This document shows positions 47,159-56,887 of a stretch of DNA of 64,000 nt, piece by piece (position 1 is the first letter of the stretch; each line of letters opens with the position of its first letter). This stretch comes from Candidatus Krumholzibacteriota bacterium (lineage in GTDB: Bacteria > Krumholzibacteriota > Krumholzibacteriia > JAJRXK01): the NCBI GenBank assembly GCA_963806035.1, contig CAWDWO010000026.1, positions 1-64,000 of the forward strand, written 5' to 3'. Below the pieces are notes generated by a model. The model saw only the letters and a program-made list of their open reading frames with translations. It was not told where the DNA came from and searched no databases. The position numbers and the translations under genes were made by a program.

Positions 47159-48046
47159 ATGGAATTCGTACAAGTCATGGCCCTGCCGATCCTGGCGTGC
47201 CTTCTTCTGGTCTTGATTCACCCCTCCCTGGGCCAGCACGTGCTGGCCCGGGGAGTGATCTTCGTCGACCTCGCGCTGGCGCAAATCGCGGCCCTGGGGG
47301 GCAGCGTCGCCTTCCTGTTGGGGGCGGATCCGCACGATCCGAGCATGTACTTCTGGTCCTTCGGCTTCACCCTGCTCGGCGCAGCGCTCTTCAGCTTTCT
47401 CTGGGACCGCAACCACTCCGTGCTGCAGGAGGCGTTCATCGGGATCTCCTTCGCGCTGGCCACCGCGGCCAATCTGGTGCTCCTATCCAACGCGCCTCAC
47501 GGAGCCGAACACGTGCGCGGTGCCCTGAGCGGGGAAGCCCTGGGATGGGTGACCTGGAAGGACATCGTGATCATGGCGGTGCTCTACGCGATCGTGGGTG
47601 CGTTTCTGTATCTCAGTCGCCGGCAGCTCTTCGCATGCTCGCAGGACCACAAGAAGGCGCGTGAGATGGGGCTCTCGGTGAAGAAGTGGGATTTCCTCTT
47701 CTACGCCGCTTTCGGTCTGGTGGTCACCAGCTCGGTGAAGGTCTCCGGAGTGCTGGCCGTGTTCTCTTATCTCATCGTGCCGCTGGTCTGCTCCACCCTG
47801 CTCGGCAAGAGGGGCCCGGCGCGGCTCTACTGGGCATGGGCGCTGGCCTTCGTGGTCTCGATTCTGGGCTCGGTACTCTCGTACACGAGGGATTGGCCGA
47901 TGGGAGCGACGATCGTGTGTCTCTTCGGCCTGACGGTGGCCATCATCTCGCTCTTGGTGCGCATGAAGAACATCGACCCGGAGCGCAACGGCGATCAACT
48001 CGCCGGCGCGGAGTTTCAAAACGGGCAGCGAAGCGTGACACGCTGA
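47159..48046 (+). CDS. Metal ABC transporter permease (ZnuB/ABC-3 family)
   Basis: LARGVIFVDLALAQIAALG, EAFIG, VVTSSVKVSGVLAVFSYLIVP, DWPMGATIV. Confidence 0.88.
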   Translation: MEFVQVMALPILACLLLVLIHPSLGQHVLARGVIFVDLALAQIAALGGSVAFLLGADPHDPSMYFWSFGFTLLGAALFSFLWDRNHSVLQEAFIGISFALATAANLVLLSNAPHGAEHVRGALSGEALGWVTWKDIVIMAVLYAIVGAFLYLSRRQLFACSQDHKKAREMGLSVKKWDFLFYAAFGLVVTSSVKVSGVLAVFSYLIVPLVCSTLLGKRGPARLYWAWALAFVVSILGSVLSYTRDWPMGATIVCLFGLTVAIISLLVRMKNIDPERNGDQLAGAEFQNGQRSVTR

Positions 48047-48164
48047 GGGGGTAGGAACGGCGAGTTCGTCAGAGGGATGGACGGAGGCGCCGCCGCCGGA
48101 GTACATTCGGCCCTGAGTTGGCAGCGAGCTGCCGCCCACGATGTCTTTTTGTCGAAGGTCTGTG

Positions 48165-49784
48165 ATGTCTTCCTCTCGCGCCCTGCCCCGCCTGTTTCTG
48201 GGCTTGCTCCTGCTTTTGTCCGCCTGCCAGGCGGACAAGCAGGAAGCGGCCGAGCCCGCCATTCCCTCCGAGCCGCTCTACGGGGGGACTCTCCGCATCG
48301 CGGCGAGCAGTGAACCGGACGTGCTCAACAGCCTGATCACGACCTCCGGTTACAGCAGCCGCATTCTGGCCCTGGTGAACGACGGCCTGGTGAGCTTGAA
48401 CGAGAGACTGGAGTGGGAACCGGACCTCGCGCAGTCGTGGACCTGGTCGCAGGACGGCTTGGTGCTGACCTTCCATCTGCGCCAGGGCGTGCAGTGGAGC
48501 GATGGGGAGGACTTCAGCGCTTACGACGTGCAGCGAAGCTACGAACTGTATGTCGATCCCCGCATCTCGTCCTCGCGCCGCAGCAACTTCAACGACATCG
48601 AATCCTTCACCGCGCTGGACAGTCAGACGGTCGAGGTGCGCTTCTTGCGGCGTAGCCGCGACCAGCTCTTCAACGCGAACTTGAGCATCTTCCCGGCTCA
48701 CATCGTGGACAAACTGGATCCCGAGCAGGTGCAGAGCTGGCCGATCAACCGCCATCCCGTCGGCCTGGGCCCCTATCAACTGAAGAGTTGGGAAGCCGGG
48801 AGCCGCATCGTACTCGAGCGCAATCCGCACTACTTTGGCGCCAAGCCGTACCTGGACGAGATCGTGTTCGAGTTCACTCCCGAGCAGGCGGTGCGGCTTC
48901 TGCGCTTGGAGGCCGGCGAAGTCGACATGGTGGAGAACATTCCGCCCAAGGACGAGGGCCGTCTGCAGAAGAGCGCGCCCTGGATCAAAATCTATCCCAT
49001 TTCGGGAAGACTCTTCGGCTACCTCAATTACAACGTACGGCGCCCCTTTCTGAGCGATGCACGGGTGCGGCGCGCGATTTCACACGGTATCGACCGCAAG
49101 GCCTTCACCGAGAACTTGATGTTCGGCCGCGCCCAGCCGGCGGCCTCGCTCATCCCTCCGGCCCTGGCCTGGGCGCACGATCCCAACCTCGCTCCCGATG
49201 CCTTCGACCCGGAACTGTCACGCCGCCTTTTGGCCGAGGCCGGATTCGAGGATCGCGACGGAGACGGGGTGGTCGAGAAGGATGGCAAGCCCTTCGAACT
49301 CGAGATCACGACGCGGACCGGCGACCCCGTGCGCGAGAACGGAGCCCTCATCCTGCAGGAGAATCTGCGGCAGATCGGCATCAAGGTGAAGCTGCGCCTG
49401 ATGGAGTACTCGGCCGCGCTGGCCGAGGTGCGGGCGGGAAGGTACGACATTTACTACGGACATTTCGGGAGCCGCATGTCGGTCGACCCCACCATGCTGG
49501 TGTGCACCGGGGGCGCGGTCAATTACGGAGGGTACTCCAACCCCAAGATGGACGCCTTGGTGGAGGAGGGGCTCGCCACCATGGACACCGACAAGGCGCA
49601 GGCCATCTGGTACGAATTCCAGAAATTGTGCGACGAGGAACAGCCCTGGACGGTGCTCTATTACTACGACTCCCTGGTGGGAATCCAGCGTGCCTTCCAG
49701 GGCTGCACGCCCAACAATCTTTCGCCCTTCTACGGCGTCGAGAAGTGGTGGCTGGTGCCTTCGCTCCTGCACGGGCGCCGTTGA
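48165..49784 (+). CDS. Peptide/nickel ABC transporter substrate-binding lipoprotein (family 5)
   Basis: Lipobox LLLSAC; PDLAQSW..S.DG..LTFHLRQGVQWSDG, PVGLGPY, VRRAISHGIDR. Confidence 0.92.
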   Translation: MSSSRALPRLFLGLLLLLSACQADKQEAAEPAIPSEPLYGGTLRIAASSEPDVLNSLITTSGYSSRILALVNDGLVSLNERLEWEPDLAQSWTWSQDGLVLTFHLRQGVQWSDGEDFSAYDVQRSYELYVDPRISSSRRSNFNDIESFTALDSQTVEVRFLRRSRDQLFNANLSIFPAHIVDKLDPEQVQSWPINRHPVGLGPYQLKSWEAGSRIVLERNPHYFGAKPYLDEIVFEFTPEQAVRLLRLEAGEVDMVENIPPKDEGRLQKSAPWIKIYPISGRLFGYLNYNVRRPFLSDARVRRAISHGIDRKAFTENLMFGRAQPAASLIPPALAWAHDPNLAPDAFDPELSRRLLAEAGFEDRDGDGVVEKDGKPFELEITTRTGDPVRENGALILQENLRQIGIKVKLRLMEYSAALAEVRAGRYDIYYGHFGSRMSVDPTMLVCTGGAVNYGGYSNPKMDALVEEGLATMDTDKAQAIWYEFQKLCDEEQPWTVLYYYDSLVGIQRAFQGCTPNNLSPFYGVEKWWLVPSLLHGRR

Positions 49785-49864
49785 CACGCCGGAGGCGCCG
49801 TTCCTAAGTTGTGTGGGTAGGAATCCAGTCCTTTGCCACTTTTTTGACGGGGTCTATCGGTGAG

Positions 49865-51430
49865 ATGCGATACACGGGCGCACTAAGCCTCATCGTGGGC
49901 CTGTTGGCCGCGCTTCTCATTTCCTCCTGTTCCAGCTCGTCTTCGCCCACCGACCCCGGCGTGGACCAGGTGTACAGCTTTGATCCGCCTCCGGGAAATC
50001 TGAGCCTCGACGCCCTCGATACCCTGAAAATCAAAGTGTCTCGGAAAGACGGCGCACCGGTTTCCGGAGTGTTTTACGTGGACGATGATTCGGTCGCCGC
50101 CGGCGACTTGCTGCGCTGGCCGGCCGAAAAAGTGGGCGAGGTCGCGGTGAAGCTGGTGCTTCCTCCTGCCGATTCACCCACCGTGGTGAACTGGGTGGTG
50201 ACGGTCAGCGACGCCAACCTCACTCCGCCCGCTCCGGTGGCGCTGGTGCAGGCCAACCGGGGGGCGCTTCCCGGGAGCATCGCGGTGAGCTGGAGCCGTC
50301 CGGGCGCCGGCAAGGACCTCATCGATCACTACCTGCTCTACTACTCGAGCTCTCACATCACGCAGGAGGGCCTCGCCACGACGGACTTCGTCACCGTGGA
50401 CCACGATTCCTCGATCATCGTGCAGAGCAAACTCCTGACGGGCTTGCAGGAGAGAACCCAGTACTACTTGCGCGTCCAGCTCATCGACGTGTTGGGGCGC
50501 GCGGCCGCCCTCAGCGCGGAAAACAGCAGCCTGAGCACCGGCCATTACCGGGTGGAAGGGCGCGTCACCCGCCTTGCCGACGGAGGTGGAGTGGAGGGCT
50601 TTCCCGAGGTGCTGGCGGAAGTGGGGGACTACAAGGCGCTCAGTGCTAGCGACGGGAGTTACGTCATCGACGACATCCCCGACCTCGCACGCAAGAGGCT
50701 CGTCCTGAAGCCCAGCCGTCCTCTGGAAACCTATTCGTACTACTGGGTGGTGTCGGACACCCTGCAGTTGGTCGATCAGAGTTTCGACGCCCTGCTCTTC
50801 AAGATCGCACCACCGGTATTCATCAACATTCCCACTGACTCGACGATCAGTAACCTGGACTTCCTCTACATCATGGCGGCCAAGAGATCCGGGGGACTCG
50901 ATGCGCCGATCATGCAGCGTTGGGAGAGCTATCCCATTCCAGTGCGCGTCGATGCGGATTCGGCCGAGACCATCGCCGGCCAGAACGTGACGGACGCGAT
51001 GGAGGGCGCAATCGCGAGCTGGAATCAGGAGGCCGGGGAGCAGCTCATGATGCCGGTGACGGGCAAGCCGTCCTATGGAGCCAACTTCACCGTCTACGTG
51101 AGCACGACGTCCGGCGGCGGCATCCTGGGCGAGGTGAGAATGGTGGATCCGCCCGACAACCACTGTCTCTTCCAATGCATTCCCCAGCAAGTGGGGGTGT
51201 CGATCTACAGCCAGGAGTCGGAGGGCCTGTTGGACCGAATTCTGGTGCACGAGCTGGGGCACGTGCTGTGGATGACGCATTCGCCCAACACCAACCACGT
51301 GATGTCGGCGGGAGTGAACTCGACCTCTCCCTTGATTCCCGATCCGGCGGAGGTGCGCATGGCGCGACTCATCGCGCACATTCCCAACGGCACCGACTTG
51401 CGCTGGTACAAGTTGCCCACTCAACCCTGA
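49865..51430 (+). CDS. Lipoprotein with an FN3-like domain and a C-terminal matrixin/M10-like zinc metalloprotease domain
   Basis: Lipobox ISSC; HELGHVLWMTH plus Met-turn HVMS. Confidence 0.7.
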   Translation: MRYTGALSLIVGLLAALLISSCSSSSSPTDPGVDQVYSFDPPPGNLSLDALDTLKIKVSRKDGAPVSGVFYVDDDSVAAGDLLRWPAEKVGEVAVKLVLPPADSPTVVNWVVTVSDANLTPPAPVALVQANRGALPGSIAVSWSRPGAGKDLIDHYLLYYSSSHITQEGLATTDFVTVDHDSSIIVQSKLLTGLQERTQYYLRVQLIDVLGRAAALSAENSSLSTGHYRVEGRVTRLADGGGVEGFPEVLAEVGDYKALSASDGSYVIDDIPDLARKRLVLKPSRPLETYSYYWVVSDTLQLVDQSFDALLFKIAPPVFINIPTDSTISNLDFLYIMAAKRSGGLDAPIMQRWESYPIPVRVDADSAETIAGQNVTDAMEGAIASWNQEAGEQLMMPVTGKPSYGANFTVYVSTTSGGGILGEVRMVDPPDNHCLFQCIPQQVGVSIYSQESEGLLDRILVHELGHVLWMTHSPNTNHVMSAGVNSTSPLIPDPAEVRMARLIAHIPNGTDLRWYKLPTQP

Positions 51431-51453
51431 GCAGCGGGGCCGAAGATCCTATC

Positions 51454-53646
51454 TCACTTCGTCTCGCTCAACTGCAGCGGCTTTCCGTCGAAATCACCCG
51501 GTAGGGGAATCCCCAGGTATCGCAGCACCGTGGGTCCGATGTCCTGAATGGAGCGCGGCCGGTCGGGGAGTTTGCGGCTACAGAAGAAGATGCCGGCCGT
51601 GATGCGGGGATCGTAGCTGCAGTGGTCACCGCTCCAGTTGTCCATGTTGTCTTCGATGATGTCGGGCGGGATGCCCCCCAAAGCGGTCTGCCAGGAGACC
51701 CGGTAGTTCTCGTTGAAACACACCAGCAGGTCCGGCGCCTCCAGGAACCTGGGACCGTGGAAGACCGAATCGCGCCGCACCACGTCCAGAACCACCGGAG
51801 TGTCGGGGAAGCGCGGATCCTGCAGTTGTTTCAGTCCGTCGATGATCCCCTGACGCACGTCTTCGTATTCACTCGCGCTCACCGAGCCCTGGGGTTCGCG
51901 CAGCTGGAGGTTGACGTAGATGCTTCCCAGTCCAATGGAATAGGCCTTGGTCTTGGGCCAGTCCACGTTCTTGAAAAAACTTCCCTCCGGATCGAAGAGA
52001 TCGTCGAGCTTCTTGTGCTCGCTTGAAGTGTTGGATTTTCCGCGGAGCGTCATGAAGCCGTTTTTCACCAGCCAGGTGTTCAGATTCACTCCGTAGCGGA
52101 AGGAGTGAAAGCCGTGGTCGCTCACGATGATCAAGGTCGTGTTGTCGTCGAGATAGCGGTCCATCACTTCGCCCACGATCGCGTCCATCTTCTGGTAGAT
52201 CTTGAGAATCTGCCCTCCGTAGAGCTTCGCGGCCACCGGATCGTAGTTGGGGTGACCGGGATCGATGAAGCGGTACATCATGTGTTGCATGCGGTCGGTG
52301 GAGAGAAAGACCGCGGCGAAGAGGTCCCAGTCCTCCTTGGCGAGCTCTCCCATGACCACCTTTTTGCGGTTCTCTAGGGTGAAGTCGAGGTCTTCCAGGA
52401 AAGTCGGAATGTCGATGACGTTGTCGCGCAGAGGGTTCGTCGCGATCGACCAACCCACCGTCTCGCGCAAGCCGTATTCCTTGGCCAGATCACAGGCCCA
52501 ATCGCGCGGATCGGAGATGTTGACGGTGGGGGGCAGGTGACAGGGCAGAAAGTTGAGAGGCTCCTGATACAGCTTCAGGTCGGGCTGCAGCTCCAGCAGC
52601 TTGAAACGCGTACTCGCCATCATCTTCAAGAGCGGATTGGCCTGGAAGCTGAGCATGACGAAGTCACTCCACTCACCCACGTGAAGCAGAATCTTCTGCC
52701 CGCCGACTTCCAGCTGCACCGCGTCGTCCCCTTCGCGCGTGAGCTTCAAGGGAACGCTGGCATCTCCCTGGGTGGGAACCAGGGTGGGGCCGAGGATGGC
52801 GGCTGAGGCATGGTCCTCGTCCCAGTGCACGGTGGTGAGCACGCCGCCGGTCTCGGTGGCCTTGGTCTGGAAGGTCTGGGTGGAATAGAGTCCGAAGAGT
52901 CCCCATGTGGCGCGCGCGTCGGGCGTCCCCAAACCGGTGGTGAGATGGACTCCATCCACCTGCTTGGCGGGGAAGGTCATGGGAATGTCGATGAGCTTGC
53001 AGCGCAGGCCGCCGGCCGCGGCGTATTCCCAGAAGGGGGTGCCGGTACGCCGATTTTCCGGACGAGGAAGCTCGTAGGGCAGCCAGCGGAAGAAGGCCAG
53101 GTAGCCCGCGCCCCAGGCGGGCAACGCGAGCAGCAGTCCCAAGACGAGCGCGAAGCGCGGGCGGGCGCGGAAGATGCGCGCCACTCCGAAGACGAAGAAC
53201 AGCGCGATGACCCCCAGCGCGAAGGCCAAGAGCCCGCGACGCAGCTTGGAGGGCATCAGGGGCTCTTCGGTTCGTTTGGCCAGCGCGATGTCGGGGGTGT
53301 AGGTGTAGGGGATGCGGTAGAGAAAATCGAAGATGCCGTGGTAGCCCGGATTCTGCCCGGTGACGAAGGAGGCCCAACTCACCGGGGACTGGGCGGGATA
53401 GGTCGTGGCCAGGTCCGAAAAGCTTCCCTCTTGCGCGAGCTTGCTGAGGTGGGGAAGGTCGTTCTTTTCGAAGTATTCGCGGCAGCGGTCGGGATCGACC
53501 CCGTCGAAGCCGAGCACGATGACGCGCGGATGCGGCGCCTTCTCCTGCGCATGGGCAGCCACGGCGCGGCCGCAGAGAAGCGCGGCCAGAAGCAAGAGGA
53601 CAAGTGAAGAGGGGGAAAGTCTCAAGTCCGATCGTGATCCACGCAT
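51454..53646 (-). CDS. Alkaline phosphatase superfamily (type I phosphodiesterase/nucleotide pyrophosphatase-like) protein
   Basis: VIVLGFDG, PAQSPVSWASFVTG, TDRMQH, SDHGF, SGDH; signal peptide. Confidence 0.85.
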   Translation of the reverse strand: MRGSRSDLRLSPSSLVLLLLAALLCGRAVAAHAQEKAPHPRVIVLGFDGVDPDRCREYFEKNDLPHLSKLAQEGSFSDLATTYPAQSPVSWASFVTGQNPGYHGIFDFLYRIPYTYTPDIALAKRTEEPLMPSKLRRGLLAFALGVIALFFVFGVARIFRARPRFALVLGLLLALPAWGAGYLAFFRWLPYELPRPENRRTGTPFWEYAAAGGLRCKLIDIPMTFPAKQVDGVHLTTGLGTPDARATWGLFGLYSTQTFQTKATETGGVLTTVHWDEDHASAAILGPTLVPTQGDASVPLKLTREGDDAVQLEVGGQKILLHVGEWSDFVMLSFQANPLLKMMASTRFKLLELQPDLKLYQEPLNFLPCHLPPTVNISDPRDWACDLAKEYGLRETVGWSIATNPLRDNVIDIPTFLEDLDFTLENRKKVVMGELAKEDWDLFAAVFLSTDRMQHMMYRFIDPGHPNYDPVAAKLYGGQILKIYQKMDAIVGEVMDRYLDDNTTLIIVSDHGFHSFRYGVNLNTWLVKNGFMTLRGKSNTSSEHKKLDDLFDPEGSFFKNVDWPKTKAYSIGLGSIYVNLQLREPQGSVSASEYEDVRQGIIDGLKQLQDPRFPDTPVVLDVVRRDSVFHGPRFLEAPDLLVCFNENYRVSWQTALGGIPPDIIEDNMDNWSGDHCSYDPRITAGIFFCSRKLPDRPRSIQDIGPTVLRYLGIPLPGDFDGKPLQLSETK

Positions 53647-53698
53647 TGCGCATCCTCTCGAGCAGACGGTTCCACGGCTGGTCTTCCGCCGCGTGCGT

Positions 53699-54724
53699 TC
53701 ATTGCGCGCGGCTCTTGGCCCTGTAGTCCGCTTCGATCTGCAAGACATCTTCTTTGCAACCCAAGAAGAGAGGCACGCGTTGGTGCAGGCTCTCGGGTTG
53801 CAGCTCCAAGATAGGCCCTTCTCCGTTGCTTGCGTAACCTCCGGCTTCCTGTGCGACGTAGGCCAGAGGATTTGCTTCGTACATCAGTCGCAGCTTGGGG
53901 CGCGGTGATCCGCCCTTCGGATCGAGAAGAGACGGATAGAGAAAGATGCCACCGCGCAGAAGGTTGCGGTGGAAATCGGATACCAGGCTGCCGATGTAAC
54001 GCGCGGTGAGCGCGGGTCGCTCTGAATTCCCCCGCTTGTACCCTTCCACCGTCTGACGAATCGTGTCATCCCAGCGGTCGGCGTGGCCCTCGTTGGTGGA
54101 GTAGGTCGTCGCGCGCTTGGGAGTCTTGATGTTCTCGTGCGACAGGAGAAATTCTCCAACCGTGGGATCGAGGGTGAAACCGTGGACTCCATGCCCCGCC
54201 GAATACACGAGCATGGTGCTGCTTCCGTAGATCACGTAACCCGCGGCATACTGCTTGAAACCGGGCTGGAGCAGATCTTCCGAGCGAACCGGGCCCTGGG
54301 GGCTCACCCTGCGCAGGACGGAGAAAATGGTTCCGATGGAGACGTTGACGTCGATGTTGCTCGAGCCGTCCAGAGGATCGAAAAGCAGCACATAATCGCC
54401 GGTGAGGCGCTCGCTCTCGACCGGGATGGGGTCTTCCTTCTCCTCGCTCGCCATGAGACAGACGCGTCCACCCCGGCCCACGATCCTGGCCATGACTTCG
54501 TGCGCATAGATGTCGAGCTTCTGGACTTTCTCGCCCTGGACGTTGCGTTCTCCGGTGCCGCCGAGAATGTCGATGAGGCCGGCCCGGTTGACGTGGTGGG
54601 AGATGATTTTGCTCGCGAAGGCGATGTCGCGCAGAAGGCCGGAGAATTCGCCGCGGGCATGGGGGTGCTGGGCCTGCACGTCCTGAATGTGTCGTTCGAT
54701 GGTGATGATGTTGGATTCCGCCAC
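53699..54724 (-). CDS. fbp: Fructose-1,6-bisphosphatase class 1
   Basis: NVQGEKVQKLD, SEE, FDPLDGSSNIDVNVSIGTIFS, RYIGSLVSDFHRNLLRGGIF, KLRLMYEANP. Confidence 0.97.
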   Translation of the reverse strand: MAESNIITIERHIQDVQAQHPHARGEFSGLLRDIAFASKIISHHVNRAGLIDILGGTGERNVQGEKVQKLDIYAHEVMARIVGRGGRVCLMASEEKEDPIPVESERLTGDYVLLFDPLDGSSNIDVNVSIGTIFSVLRRVSPQGPVRSEDLLQPGFKQYAAGYVIYGSSTMLVYSAGHGVHGFTLDPTVGEFLLSHENIKTPKRATTYSTNEGHADRWDDTIRQTVEGYKRGNSERPALTARYIGSLVSDFHRNLLRGGIFLYPSLLDPKGGSPRPKLRLMYEANPLAYVAQEAGGYASNGEGPILELQPESLHQRVPLFLGCKEDVLQIEADYRAKSRAQ

Positions 54725-54921
54725 TCTGCCACCTTGGAATCAGGATCTCATCGCGGGGGATTGAGCGCTCCAAAGAATAGCAGAGAGTGAGCTACTTGTC
54801 GCTTGCCCGATCCCTGCAGGAGTTGGTTCTGTCTTGGAAATCGTGCAGGGCCCGGATGCTGCCTGAGGGGGCAGGCTCGACCCTGGAGCATGCGCGCGGC
54901 GCCGGGCAAGAGTGCTCTTCC

Positions 54922-56043
54922 TCAGCGGTGGGTGGGTCGGTAGCTCAGGGTGAGAGTCGACTCGCCCGGTGGCAAGCAGACCAGGCGCCACTCGCTTCCG
55001 CCGGCCTCCACGCGCTGGCTCTTGGGCCGGGGAAAGGAGCTGTTCCAGTCGCTCAGAGTCCGGTCGCGCCAGCGCCGGGGCAGGGCAATGGCCGCGCGGA
55101 AGTCCTCTCCCGGGACCACGAGCTTCAGCTGCAGGGTCCTTGGGGCCTGCCAGCTGGGAAGGAAGTGGATCTCGCGCCGGAATTGACGCCACTCGGGCTC
55201 GCTCAGCGAACTCAGGCTGCTATCGCAGGGCTGGGGCCAGAGGCGCGGAAAGGGCAGCGGGAAGATGTCCGGAGAGAGCAGGGCATCGATGATGGCGGTG
55301 CGCCACTGCGCCTTGCGTTGTTCGCCGAGGGTGGAGTTCTTCTCCAACGCGCGCAGGAGCCGTGGGAGGCACAGGGCCTGACTCAAATAGCCGCCCTGAC
55401 CGCGGCTCGTCCACCAGATCGAAGACATCCCGAAGGGGTTTCCCACCGACCTCAGCCCGTAGCTCACGGGGCGCAGACCCGACTGAACGAAGTGGATCGA
55501 CAGGGGCGGCAGAGAGGCCGGCATCGCCTTCTGGCCGGGAGCGTCCGGATCGAAAGCCGAAGAGATCGAGGAGCCCGTCTCCCAGCCGAGCTGCGCCGGC
55601 CAGCTCAGCTGGTCGTGCTCCTTGCTGAAGAGGATCCGCAGCCCCGCGGTCTTGGCCCACGGGCCCTCCGGCGTGTCCAGCATCGCGATCCCGCCTTGCT
55701 CCACGAAGGCGCCCAGCTTGCCCAGGCTCAGCGTGTCCAGCTCCGCCATCGCGGCATGAGTGAGGACGACCAGGATCCGATCGTTCAGAGTTTTCTGCGC
55801 CGGGGAGGCGGCAAAGCGCGCCGTGCCCATCTGGTCGCAACCGCCGAGGGTGGAGTCGATCAACTCGCGCCACAGCCGGTCGTTCTGCAGTTCGTCGCTA
55901 CCGGCCCGGTCGGCGTGGACCAAGAGAATCGGGTGGCCGGTCTCGCGCTCGTCGTTCTGCGAGCTGTGGCCGCAGGAGCTCAGAGCACCGCTTGAAGAGA
56001 GGATGAGGAGGATGGGCAGTAGGAAGAAGAGAGTACGGCGCAT
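54922..56043 (-). CDS. Hypothetical lipoprotein
   Basis: MRRTLFFLLPILLIL...LSSC lipobox; no recognised domain. Confidence 0.55.
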   Translation of the reverse strand: MRRTLFFLLPILLILSSSGALSSCGHSSQNDERETGHPILLVHADRAGSDELQNDRLWRELIDSTLGGCDQMGTARFAASPAQKTLNDRILVVLTHAAMAELDTLSLGKLGAFVEQGGIAMLDTPEGPWAKTAGLRILFSKEHDQLSWPAQLGWETGSSISSAFDPDAPGQKAMPASLPPLSIHFVQSGLRPVSYGLRSVGNPFGMSSIWWTSRGQGGYLSQALCLPRLLRALEKNSTLGEQRKAQWRTAIIDALLSPDIFPLPFPRLWPQPCDSSLSSLSEPEWRQFRREIHFLPSWQAPRTLQLKLVVPGEDFRAAIALPRRWRDRTLSDWNSSFPRPKSQRVEAGGSEWRLVCLPPGESTLTLSYRPTHR

Positions 56044-56156
56044 GGACACTGAGGGGTGGCTCGGGGATCGGCGGCGAGAGGCGAGGCTCGACCTTCGCAT
56101 GATATCGATGGGGGTGGAGCTTGTCGACTGGGGTCCGCGCGGCTAGGCTTTCCCGC

Positions 56157-56510
56157 ATGAAGCTTTCCCGCGCCCGGCGCATTCTACTCATCATGAGTTT
56201 CGCGGCGGCGGCCTGCCTTGCCGCCTGCGGACACCGAGCGGAGCAGCCAAAACCGGCGCCGCTGCAGGAGCTCCACTGGCCCCCGGTGGAAGGGGCGGGA
56301 AGCTACCGGGTGCGCGCCTGGTCGGGCTATCGGCTCCTTTTCGCAGAGGACAGCTGGGACACCCTGCTCGCGCTCACCCCCAACATGCAGAGGGTCCTGG
56401 CGGGCTGTGATTCTCTGACTCTGGAGGTGAAGGCCCTCGACGCCGCGAATCTTCCCCTTCCGGGAGGGCATCGGCGCTACGAGTTCGAGGGCTCGCCCAA
56501 GGGCCGCTAG
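56157..56510 (+). CDS. Small hypothetical lipoprotein (FN3-like strand pattern)
   Basis: LAAC lipobox; LHWPPVEGAGSYRV. Confidence 0.55.
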   Translation: MKLSRARRILLIMSFAAAACLAACGHRAEQPKPAPLQELHWPPVEGAGSYRVRAWSGYRLLFAEDSWDTLLALTPNMQRVLAGCDSLTLEVKALDAANLPLPGGHRRYEFEGSPKGR

Positions 56511-56518
56511 CGGGGCGA

Positions 56519-56605
56519 TGGTGCCGGAGGTGGGACTCGAACCCACACGAACAAGAGTCCACGGCATTTTGAGTGCCGCGCGTCTACCAGTTCCGCCACT
56601 CCGGC
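56519..56605 (-). tRNA. tRNA-Leu(CAA)
   Basis: GCCGGAGTGGCGGAACTGGTAGACGCG-CGGCA-CTCAAAA-TGCCG, long variable arm, GGTTCGAGTCCC, 3' CCA. Confidence 0.95.
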
Positions 56606-56679
56606 ACGGTGCGCTGCGCCCGGCAGCGTAGGAAGGAGAGGGGCTCCTGTCAACTCTGGCTCGATTGAAGCCTGAACTC

Positions 56680-56707
56680 TTGACAGAAATCGCCTACACT
56701 CTAGATT
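56680..56707 (+). promoter_or_regulatory. sigma70 promoter for tRNA-Ala
   Basis: TTGACA-N16-TAGATT. Confidence 0.6.
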
Positions 56708-56723
56708 CACGGCTCAGGTTTTC

Positions 56724-56799
56724 GGGGCCATAGCTCAGCTGGGAGAGCGCATGACTGGCAGTCATGAGGTCAGGGGTTCGATCCCCCTTGGCTCCACCA
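56724..56799 (+). tRNA. tRNA-Ala(GGC)
   Basis: GGGGCCATAGCTCAGCTGGGAGAGCG-CATGA-CTGGCAG-TCATG...GGTTCGATCCCC...CTCCACCA, 76 nt. Confidence 0.97.
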
Positions 56800-56887
56800 A
56801 TCTACTGGACTGAATGGGGAGAGGGCGGTCTCAGGCGAGGTCGCCCTTCACTTCTTCCTGAGACCCCGATTCGAACTGGGGGAAGGC

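Noticed and set aside
56519..56799. tRNA genes as integration sites
   Set aside because: No integrase, no duplicated tRNA 3' end seen, and flanking genes have host-like GC
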